Assembly: GCF_006345805.1 (NCBI RefSeq)
Contig: NC_042999.1
Coordinates: 149,172,001 to 149,236,000, forward strand
Length of the DNA stretch: 64,000 nt
Reading direction: 5' to 3'
Source: Octopus sinensis
Taxonomy: Eukaryota
Position 1 is the first letter of the stretch. Each line of letters opens with the position of its first letter. Both the position numbers and the translations under genes were made by a program. Shown piece after piece: positions 53,155 to 64,000 of the stretch. The notes under the pieces were generated by a model. The model was given only the letters and a program-made list of their open reading frames with translations, did not search any database and was not told where the DNA came from.

Positions 53155-56100
53155 CTGTAAAATATACATAATAAAAATGGTTAATAAACACTAATAAGAG
53201 CAAAGTAATTCAAATATAAAGAAAGCAACAAGGGAAAAAAATATTAACAAAAATGACAAAATATGTGAACTTTAAATGTCTGCAAAGATATATTTGCCAG
53301 ATCATCTTTCTCTTTCTCGCATTATGTAAAATGAACTCGTTAACTATCGTGAAAATATAATATCTTAATCTTGAAATGATTTTATAAATAACAGATGTCG
53401 TCAAGTGTAGGAAAAACAGCTTGGAAAGACTGAATTGTGGAAAGATAATCAAGAAGTAATTATTCAAAGAGAAAGACAACTGAAATATAATCACCAGCAC
53501 AGAGAAATTTTACCAGTAACAGTAAAGGAGAGATTGGCGCAGTGTAAAAGAATGTTCAAATATATGCATGCTTCTCTAAGTTTATAAAAGCAATATAAAC
53601 AAACCATCAAAACAAAAGAAAGGATTATTCTTAATAATTAAGATTATGATTATTTTTGGTATGATATTATCACTGAAGGAATGAAGATTGGCTAAGGTAT
53701 CTCACTTAAAATATGTTTTGGCTTGATAACAGAACCAGAGAAGGTAAAATATATTCAGATCAAGTGCAATTTGGCAAGATATACAATCTGGGTAGTTTTG
53801 ATACAATATAAATGCAAAGACATATTATAATGGGAGTTATTTACATTTAGATAGAAGAGAAGAGAGATAAGATATAATGATACTTGGCCTTAAAGAAAAA
53901 AAAATCAGTAAAGTCTTTGAATATGTCTGGTAGGAGAGTCTACTGGCAAAGTTGGCCCACCTACTAGCTTCATCCATCACTAACCAACTGGATTGAAAGA
54001 TTTCAGACAGTTTATTTAATTGCATGTGTGAAGAGTGTTTTCTCTCATCTTTTATATTATTGACTTAAGAGTGCTTCAAAACTCAATGAGAAAACTTTTT
54101 TAGTGATATTGCCAGGAAAAAGAAAAAAAGAAAAAAAATATTCAAAAAATGCACGCAGCACACACTGAAAAGTGGTTGGAAAATGAGCAAAGAAAGCACA
54201 GAACTATCAGGGTCCTTTTATTTCTGTCTCAATCTGGCGACTATTAGACTTCTCTAATATTGGTGTCATGAGGAAATGGATTCAGTACACTCTGTGATGT
54301 GGTTGGCAAAAGGGAGAGCATGCAGCTGTAAAAACCAAGCCAAATAACATGTACTAGCACCAGTTTATGGGAAACAGCAGCTCCCCAATAAGAAATGATT
54401 CAGCCCATGACAATTCATCCGACCAATGCCAGCATGGAAAGAAAGAAAGAGAAGTGCTCTGGACATAGTCAATGCCAGATCTGCCTGACTGACTGGCTCC
54501 TGTACTGGTGGCACATAAAAAGACCATCCAAATGTGGCTGATGCCAGGTCTGCCTAACTGGTTCCTGTGCTGGTAGTGCGTAAAAAGCACCCACTACGCT
54601 CTTGGAGTGGTTGGCATTAGGAAAAGCATCCAGCTGTAGAAACTTTGCCAGATCAGACTGGAGCCTGGTGCAGCCTCTGGCTCTAAAGACCTCAGTCAAA
54701 CCGTCCAACCCATGCCAGCAAGGAAAACGGATGTTAATTGATGATGATAATGAATACAAGATATGTGAATGAAAGTTTGATAGGCAGGAACTGTAAAGAT
54801 GTTTGTTGAAACCATTCCTGTTAATGGGTGGAAGTACTAAGTCAGTCACCAGACAGGATGAAAAGTAAGCCAGACAAAATGCTACAAAGCATTTTGTCCA
54901 GAGTGCTAATGATTTTGCCAGCTTGCCGCCTTACCAAACAAAAGTAATAACGAAAAAATAGAAAGAAAGAAAAAAAATCTAGCACTTTAACAAAAGTGTC
55001 ATGGCCAATATAATCCAGCCACCTTACTAAGAGATTAATGACATCTATCCTGTCAGCTGCACCCTGGTTCTGTGTCCATGACCAAGTTACTAAACAACAT
55101 TCACTGATCCAGCCTACTTAGTTGTAAATAGGTACTAGTAGATGCAGTTCATTATTGAACCTTGTTCTATATCTATAGTTGTCTATATTTGCCTCTGTCA
55201 GATATTCTCCTTATTGTTAATAAATAACATTCCAAACTATTAAAGAAACAAACACAGCTGTGATTTAACAATCATATATTTAGTCCAGCAAGGGAAACAG
55301 AATCCATGAATAAACCACAGTAATTTATGTCAGCTAAAAAGTGTTGATCTAGTAGACTAGTTTTGTCACTCATTAAAGACTCATCAAGGATTGTTAAGCA
55401 TATATCTCCCTTTATATGCTGTCTAGTTTACAAAGAGAACAGATTTTCTTATATGGAATGTAAACAAATTCATGACAAACAACAAAATTTATATAATGGT
55501 AGAAATTTGAAATTTGAGTATTAACAAATATATGAATTTTTTTTTAAACACACCGTTGTTATGAATAAATGGTTCAGTAAGCAAGATTCACAAGCAGTTA
55601 AACACATGATGCATGGTGTAACAAAAATAGGTACCTTTTTTTAAACACAGTTTTTGTTTACTTATCAAGAGATTACAAACTGACAGATAACCACCAAGTA
55701 TGTACAACACACCCATAAATAATAATGCTTTTCATATGAACCAATTAAGGAGGCTCTACATTGTTCATTGACTTGCTATAAATAACAGTTAAGTCTCTTT
55801 AAAACCACACCCTATTATCTTCAAAAGGAAGCACATAGAGCTCATGAGTGGAGTAGCTTTGATCATAAATCTGCCATATCAGCACTGACTGACCTGACAC
55901 TAAAATAAAAACAGCAAAAATACCTTGGCACTCCATAGGTTATGATGACAAGGGTTCCAGTAGATCTGGTCAACTGAGCAACTGGCTGGCTGTGTACTCC
56001 ACAGACATGTGTACCTTAACAGAGTTCTCAGAGAGATTCAGTGTGACACAGAATGTGACAAGGATGGCTCTTTGAATTACAGGTACAACCTATTTTTGCC

Positions 56101-56986
56101 AGCTGAGTGGACCGGAGCAAAGTGAAATAAAGTATCTTGCTCAAGGACGTAATGCATCATTAGACACCAAACTCATGACCATACCAAACCACTATGCTAT
56201 CTGCCCTCATGACCTGACACTAAACAACAACAATGAACCAACAATACGTTTTTTTTTTGAGTTGCTGTTTTAAAAAGATATTTAGTCAGTTCTCACTCAA
56301 ATGGCATTCAACCATATAAAAAGGACACATTAGATAATATATTCTAAGATGTACTATTAAATAAAAATTAAGTGCTTTTGACCTTAATCAAGGTTTACCT
56401 AGGACTATGACGCTCTTGTGAGTGTAGCTCTCACTCTTTCTTCCTCTCCTCTCTCTCCATCTGAAGACAGTAAGGTCTTGCCAGTATAATGAGAGGACAT
56501 TTTTATCAAGGTCTCTGTTGCTTCCATCTGTTCTGCATATTCCCCAACTGATCTACCACACAATACACACCGTTTCTTTATACACCATCTCATCCAAAAG
56601 AGCCATAGCTAATTCAATTGACTAACAGATAACCATTGAAATGGTTGATGGTTCAAATCTTGTCACCAGCAATAATCAGTGTCATGGAACATTTAACTTT
56701 AGTTGGTCTGGTGTCAAGCAATGGTGGGAGACAACCCCACCCCATAATAAATAAATATATATATATATATATATATATATTGTGAAATAGAAAGATGAAT
56801 AATCTTGTTGCAGATTAATCAAAAGTTTAACCGATACCTTGGTAGCAAAAATCACAGCAGAAGACAGCACGGTTGGAGGTACAACCATATGGTGTTGCAA
56901 CCGTGCGTTGGTGCGGATAATTGAATTTTAATATTATTAGTGAATTGAAGAAATGGAGTTGAACGAAGATTGAACAGAAATCGTTT

Positions 56987-57079
56987 TATTGCATTCTACA
57001 AGTGTTTCGAAAGGCACAATTTACCAAATTCCGATTGAATAAGGAGACCATATTGTGTCTTTCTCTTCAGGAAGAAATA
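56987..57079 (-). ncRNA. Type I hammerhead ribozyme motif, left-arm copy with helix III palindrome broken (ACACUUGU)
   Basis: Reverse-complement mirror of 57377-57469; CUGAAGA at 57070-57064; differs at 57001 within helix III. Confidence 0.65.
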
Positions 57080-57376
57080 GAAAATCCGTTGGAAAAAACA
57101 AAAACAGAACAGAGGCGGAGCAAAACAAATCGAACGAGGCTCCTAAGAGCCCATGGCCAAACTGTTTATCAATGTATGTTGAAAACTGGTGGTGGGTGCG
57201 TTGAAGGTTTTAACGGGTCAGGCTTTAACGCTGCCTGACCCGTTAAAACCTTCAACGCACCCACCACCAGTTTTCAACATACATTGATAAACAGTTTGGC
57301 CATGGGCTCTTAGGAGCCTCGTTCGATTTGTTTTGCTCCGCCTCTGTTCTGTTTTTGTTTTTTCCAACGGATTTCC

Positions 57377-57469
57377 TATTTCTTCCTGAAGAGAAAGACA
57401 CAATATGGTCTCCTTATTCAATCGGAATTTGGTAAATTGTGCCTTTCGAAACACGTGTAGAATGCAATA
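57377..57469 (+). ncRNA. Type I hammerhead ribozyme motif, right-arm copy with intact core
   Basis: CUGAAGA 57386-57392; helix II GAAAGACACAAU (57393-57404) pairs with AUUGUGCCUUUC (57436-57447), 11/12 pairs including the conserved G10.1-C11.1; GAAA 57448-57451; palindromic helix III ACACGUGU 57451-57458; GUA triplet ending 57459; helix I UUC/GAA plus UAUU/AAUA. Confidence 0.78.
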
Positions 57470-57517
57470 AAACGATTTCTGTTCAATCTTCGTTCAACTC
57501 CATTTCTTCAATTCACT

Positions 57518-57549
<32 letters not shown>

Positions 57550-57552
<3 letters not shown>

Positions 57553-57898
57553 CTTTTATTCTTTTACTTGTTTCAGTCATTTAACTTTAACCATGCTGGG
57601 GTACCATCTTAAAGGGTTTTTTAGTTGAAGAAATCAACCCCAGGACTTACTTTTTGTAAGCCTGGTACTTATTCTATTGGTCTCTTTTACTGAACAACTA
57701 GGTTACAGGGATGTAAACACACCAGTATCAGTTGTCAAATGATGGTGGAGGGGGGACAAACACAGACACAAAGACACACACACACACACATAAATACATA
57801 CATACATACACACACACACATAGAATGAGCATCTTTCAGTTTCCGTCAACCAGATCCACTTTGGTTGGCCCAAGGCTATAGTAGAAGACACCTGCCCG
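57550..57898 (-). mobile_element. SINE family A, diverged, head truncated
   Basis: Colinear with the family A tail and body. Further partial copies at about 11190-11370, 37595-37921, 47430-47600, 50040-50210, 59170-59425, 61618-61995, 62810-62960. Confidence 0.8.
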
Positions 57899-58871
57899 TC
57901 GTATATATGTATATATGTATGTGTGTGTGTATAAGTATTTTTGTCTGAAGTATCAATGGTTCTGCCAACTTGCCCAAAGTGTCTGTTTGAAGTCAATTCA
58001 TTTACTAGGTAGATAAAAAGGTAAAGCCCCTTCTGGTCAGGAATGACCATGGGATGCACCTAGAAAATTTGCCTTTAAAGCACAAGTCCAGGCAAGGTTG
58101 TTTATGGATGCACCTAGAAAGTTCCCTCCAAGGCACAAGTTCAGGCAAGACCAGCAGTCGTCGATGCATACCAATCTCCCCTCTCCACACCACTGATATT
58201 ATCCAAGAGAAAGGCAAAAGCTGATACAGCTTGGCACCAGTGATGTTGCAACTCATTTCCACAGCTGAGTGAACTGAAACAACATGAAATAAAGTGTCTT
58301 GCTCAAGAACACAACACGGATCCAAGTCCAAGAATTGAACTCACTACCTCATAATTGTGAGCCTGATGCTCTAACCACTGAGCCATGTGTCTTCACATGA
58401 TATACTAGGTATAGCTACCAGATCTCCTTCAAATCATACCCAACTGTTTTTGAAAGGTTAAGACATGAATAATGTAGAAGGAACGATCATTGACAGGAAA
58501 TTTTGGATCACAAATTATCTTAATAAGTAATAAAAGCAATGTATAACTAAACTCAGTAAGTTTATATCTTGACTTCAAAATATTTTTTGTGACTCTTGGG
58601 CCAAGACAAAAAAAAGCATCCAACTACCCTTCCATATCATTATTTCAATAAAATCTTAATAAGGTTGTTAGCTAAACAATCACATAATGCTGAACAGTAA
58701 AGCTATCTTATGATGTACACTGTAATATATAGAAACTTCATAGCTATGTTGTGTGGCATATATAATACAGTAAGTGTACAATACAATAAGCATAATAAAG
58801 TAATAGTATATAACACAATAAATTTATAGTTGTATATTATATATCTATAACTCTCTCTCTCTCCCTCTCTC

Positions 58872-58917
<46 letters not shown>

Positions 58918-59109
58918 CATATATATAATCTAGATCTATTAACTAAATTTCTTATTAAAAAATAATAGATTAAACTGATTAGAACTACCAGTGAAGTCAT
59001 TCTTTTATATGTATATATATATCATCATCATTTAATGTCCACCTTCCATGCCAGCATGGATGGGATGGTTTGACAGGAGCTGGCCAGGTAGAAACCTGTG
59101 ACTGTTTTG

Positions 59110-59144
<35 letters not shown>

Positions 59145-60017
59145 GTGCGTGGGTATATGTGGGTGTTTATATTTTATCTTTTATTTGTTTCAGTCCTTAG
59201 ATTGTGGCCATGCTGGAACACCACATTGAAGAATTTTAGTTGAACAAATCAATCCCAGTGCTAATTTTTTTAAAGCTCGATTATTATTCTATTGGTCTCT
59301 TTTGCTGAACCACCATGTTACGAGGATTTAAACAAACCAACACCAGTTGCCAAGCAGTGGTGGGGGACAAATACAGACATAAAGACACACACACAATATG
59401 CAACAGGCTTCTTTCAATTTCTGACTTTTTAGATCCTGTCAAATCATCCAACCCATGCCAGCAAAAGAGAGGAAAATGATAGTAACTTTGAAGTATATTG
59501 TGAGAGAGTGACTTATACTATATTGAGGAAGATATACAATATGTTTAGAGTACATTGTGAGAGATATAATATAGTATGTTTATAAGAATATTATATGATA
59601 GCATATGCCTGGCCGGTGCTTGTGGTACCGTCCCACCCATACTAGTATGGAACACAGATGTATGACGATGATGATGTAATATATATATTTATTTATAAAT
59701 TTGTAAACAAACCTGAAGGCTGTAAATTACAGAGAAGATTGTTTAGGTTTAGTTGCTTTAAATGGAATATATATTATTGTAAATGATATATAATAATAAT
59801 AATAATGAAATTATTGTATACAGTGCTCAGGTATTATTAATGATAATAATACTCTAGAATAACACTATGTACAAAACCAAATATATGGTGCCCTAGGCAT
59901 AACACCAACATGAACTTCCAACTTGTTGTCTCTTGAGGTCTCTGGGTGAGACTTGGAGCCAACTTGTACAAATGTAAAGCAAAAGTCAAACATAAAATAT
60001 TAATAATAATTATAATT

Positions 60018-60050
<33 letters not shown>

Positions 60051-63044
60051 GTAGGTAACTGTATAAAAAGAATTGAAAAAGTTTGAAGTGGGATAGAATG
60101 GAAGAATGTAGAAGTGTGTGTGTGTGATGAGAGAGAGAGAGAGGAGGGAATGACAGAGAGAAAAAGAGAACAAATACAGTGATAGCAAGGATACCTTTAT
60201 ATGATGTTACTTAATAAATAAAGAAAACCACAACAAGAATAAAACCCCACAAACCTCTACATCAGAGTCCCACTGTTCAAATTTTAAGAAAAGTGTATTG
60301 AGATCCATGGTTTTGAAGCGTCTATGTCAAAAAATCTTCAATTCATCTTTAATATTTTGATATTTAGAAAAAGACAAAAAACCAAAAAAATCTAATCCAC
60401 GTTTTAGAAGTTAAGTTTTAGTTTCGCAAATGTTCATATTTCTGCTGAGTAATTATTTTATGCAATAATTTAGTATTTTGGGTTGAAAGGAACAATTCTT
60501 GTGGAAAGACTGAGTGAAAATGAAATATCAGTATTTCTGTCTGCTTCCAATGGATGCCAAATTTTGTGTCGATTTATATGCAGTTGAGATATGTATTTTA
60601 TATGTGTATATATGTATGTACATTTAAAAGGACAAATGGGAGAAAGAATGCCGAATTCACACAATAGAGATTATATATTTGTCCGAAATTTGCAATTCAT
60701 TCGGTCACGACTTCAGGTTTATCAATTTTGTGTGTTTGTTCTGGTAAGCATAGATATACATATATACATGCATATATGTATTCGTGCAGCCATCTGGTTC
60801 GCCAGTCCTCAGTCAAATTGTCCAACCCATGCTAGCATGGAAAGTGGACGTTAAACAATGATGATGATTACAGTGGTAGATTCAAGTGGTAAAAGAGTAA
60901 ACAAAACAAAATGTGACACCTATCAAACTATGTCCTGCATATTCAATCGTAATGCAGAAAATTCTTTCCAGATAGAGAATTATTAAATACATTAAACACA
61001 CGATGAATTAAACCACTTGAATGTATCATCATAAATTACATAATACATATATATTGTTAGATATTCACCGTTAAAAGAAATAACATGGTATTGATATAAT
61101 ATGCATCGGTTTATAGCTAAATCTTGACAATGATAATGATGATGTTGATAATGATGATGAAGATAATGATGATGATGAGGATGGTGATGGTGATGATGAT
61201 GACAGCAGAAGGTTGTACACGTTTCCAGCTATAGTACCTACTTATTACTTTTGTCTGAAATAGCTACTGCCAAGTTGGCTGTGTAAGATTAACCTGATTT
61301 AACAGGATTAAGCTTAAGCTAGAATTTATATGCCCCAAAGAGTAATGAGATTATTTCTATAGACTGTTTTTTTTAAATTTTTTTATTTATAGTAAAATCA
61401 CTAATATATAGCTTTTGTTTTCTGTATCAGCTATCAAAAAAAAAAAAAAAAAAAGAAAATCCCAGACAAGCCTTAATAAATATGTTTTGTTCAGTTACAA
61501 GAATGAATGAATCGATGAGACTAATTTAAGGATCTGCTCCAAAAATCTGAAAATCCCCAAAGGGCGTTTCTATGCCAGTCACTCAAATTAGCAACATAAT
61601 TTCTATTTTTGGATTTATATCTTTTATCTTTTACTTGTTTCATTTGTTAAACCATGGCCATGCTGGAGCAACACCTTGAAGGATTCTAGTCAAATCAACC
61701 CCAGTACCTATTATCTTTTTTGGAAAGCCTGCTACTTATTCTATAGTTCTCTTTTGCTAAGTTACAGGGACATAACTACACAAACACTGGTTGTCAAGTA
61801 GGGTGGTGGTGGGGGACAAACGCACACAAAGGCACACACACATACATTCTTTCAGTTTCTCTCTATCAAATCCACTCACAAGGCTTTGTCCAGCCCAAGG
61901 CTATAGCAGAATACATTTGCCCAAGGAACCATAATGGCACTGAACCCAGAACTATATGGTTGGGAAGCAAACTTCTTACCACACAGCCATACCTCTCCCA
62001 TTTTCTTTTTGAGCTTTACAACTTATAATTTATTACCTCCGCCTTAGTGAAGGCAGAGGTATTGTTTTCAGTCATGTTTGTTTGTTTGTTTGTCTGTGGA
62101 CAAGATATCTCAAGAACCACTAGATGGATTTGGATGAAACTTTCAGGCGTGTTTGGCCTCATGACTGGCATGAACTGTGAGTGGATTTGGTAGACAGAAA
62201 TTGAAAGAAGCCCATCATATATACATATATATATATAAGATATTTGTGTCTGTGTTTGTTCCCCAACCATCGCTTGACAACCAATGTTGGTGTGTTTATG
62301 TCCATGTAACTTAGCGGTTCAGCAAAAGAGACCGATAGAATAAATACTAGGCTTACAAAGAATAAGTCCTGGGGACGATTTGTTCGACTAAAGGCAGTGC
62401 TCCAGCATGGCCACAGTCAAATGAATGAAAACAAAGGGCAGCCAGTCTGGGAACTGAAACTACAATCTCACAATTGTGAGTGGAACATGCCTAACTGCTA
62501 GGCCACACAACTTCACACACACAATTCTTTTTGGGAATAGTGGACCTTGAAGCAAATAAGGCTATAAATAATAACATTTAAGTATTGAGCTCCAGCATTC
62601 TTTGACTTTTTCTATCCAAAACGTTCTTTCTTTTTTAGCATGCTATTATTATTATTATAGCTTTAGTTGCTTCAAGATTCACCATTCCAAGAAAGAATTA
62701 TTTTGATACCATCAATAAATATATATGTATTTAATCATTATTTTCATAGGTGCTTTTTGTACCCCAGTAGGAGTTGGATGAAATTTCATAGAGGGAGCAG
62801 TATTCTATATATATGATGGGCTTCTTTCAGTTTCCATCCACCAAATCAACCCACAAGGCTTTGGTTGGCCCAAGACTATAGTAGAAAACACTTGCCCAAG
62901 GTTTCACATGGTGGGACTGAACTCGGAACCATGTGCTTGGGAAGCAAACTTCTTGTTACATGTAGCCTTCACCCATCAAAATGAAACACCTGACTAAACA
63001 CTTATAGTGATTGTTTTGTTTTTCTCAGTCTCAATTATACATTC

Positions 63045-63684
63045 TGCTACTCTTTTACTTGTTTCAGTCATTTGACTATGGCCATGCTGGAGCACCGCCT
63101 TTAGTCGAGCACATCGACCCCCAAGACTTATTCTTTGTAAGCCTAGTACTTATTCTATCAGTCTTTTTTGCCGAACCGCTAAGTTACAAGGATGTAAGCA
63201 CACCAGCATCGGTTGTCAAGCGATGTTGGGGGGACAAACACAGACATACATACACACACAACACACTCATATCTATAAAGCGAGCTGGCAGACACGTTAG
63301 CGCGCCGGGCGAAATGCTTAGCGGTATTTCGTCTGTCGTTATGTTCTGAGTTCAAATTCCGCCGAGGTCGACTTTGCCTTTCATACTTTCGGGGTCGATA
63401 AATAAAGTACCAGTTTCACACTAGGGTCGATGTAATTGACTTAATCCCTTTGTCTGTACTTGTTTGTCCCTTGTGGGCAATAAAGAAAAAAAAATATATA
63501 TATATATATGCACACACATACGACGGGCTTCTTTCAGTTTCCATCAACCAAATCCACTCACAAGGCTTTGGTTGGTCCAAGGCTATAGTAGAAAACACTT
63601 GCCCAAAGTGCCACGTGGTGGGACTGAACCCAGAACCAAGTAGTTTGTAAGCAAGCTACTTACCATACAGCCACTCCTACGCCT
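63045..63684 (-). mobile_element. SINE family A interrupted by a family B SINE (63279-63488, +) at its internal microsatellite
   Basis: The family A 3' half stops at CA repeats, family B follows, and family A resumes at ACGACGGGCTTC. Confidence 0.85.
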
Positions 63685-64000
63685 ACAGTAATGTTTGTCT
63701 CTCATTACTTCAGGTTTGATAAGAGAATCACCAGTAATTACACCATTTTGTAACTTTTGGTTCCAAGTTCTAATCCATGTAAGGTTCACCTTGTAATCTT
63801 TCAAGGTTGATAAAATACATACTGGTAATTGTACTGGGCTGAATTTAAGTCAGCCGAACACTTTCCAAACAAAATTAAAATTTATGACCAGTATAAACAC
63901 GTAAACTTTGAAAACTATTCCTGTCTTTCAATAACAACAGCAACCACCACCACAACAATAACAAATGATCAGCGTTGCTACACACACCCAGGTCTCTTGT

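Larger units (their letters stand above)
56781..57525. mobile_element. Penelope-like / retrozyme-like insertion with inverted terminal duplication (293-bp arms, 9-nt spacer, 150-bp unpaired extension)
   Basis: 56931-57223 is the reverse complement of 57233-57525 with 2 mismatches; flanked by (AT)n at 56755-56780 and 57522-57549; carries hammerhead motifs; CpG-rich relative to surroundings. The family call is inference, as no RT or GIY-YIG coding sequence is present. Confidence 0.65.

Noticed and set aside
56399-56593. 62-aa ORF and a possible 62-nt exon (56399-56460) as upstream RhoGEF exon
   Set aside because: The phase-0 frame needed to join the DKDK exon contains TAG; no similarity to PLEKHG5 that I can recognise
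57002-57454. Twin 78-aa ORFs on opposite strands
   Set aside because: A direct consequence of the palindrome; non-ATG starts and no recognisable domain

Overview
AT-rich, microsatellite- and transposon-dense eukaryotic DNA. The repeat families look like those of a coleoid cephalopod (Octopus-like); this is my recognition, not a database match. One host gene dominates the window: a minus-strand DH-PH RhoGEF of the PLEKHG5 (Syx/TECH) type. I assembled it by hand from 12 coding exons between 53154 and 14295. All junctions are GT-AG and phase-consistent, giving 2121 nt = 706 aa + stop. The 5' exons were not found and probably lie beyond the window. The protein ends LLLNSSNESEV*, and this PDZ-binding motif is completed by a 10-nt terminal coding segment. 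Introns and flanks hold three or four SINE-like families, RTE, CR1 and RLE-type LINE remnants, piggyBac- and hAT-type MITEs, a Helentron/HINE-like element and several long fold-back elements. The most striking object is a 745-bp, CpG-rich insertion between TA tracts (56781-57525). It forms a 293-bp-arm near-perfect palindrome, and each arm carries a type I hammerhead ribozyme motif, consistent with a Penelope-like or retrozyme element. A second, degenerate minimal hammerhead lies at 23771-23806. No CRISPR, rRNA or bona fide tRNA genes were seen.
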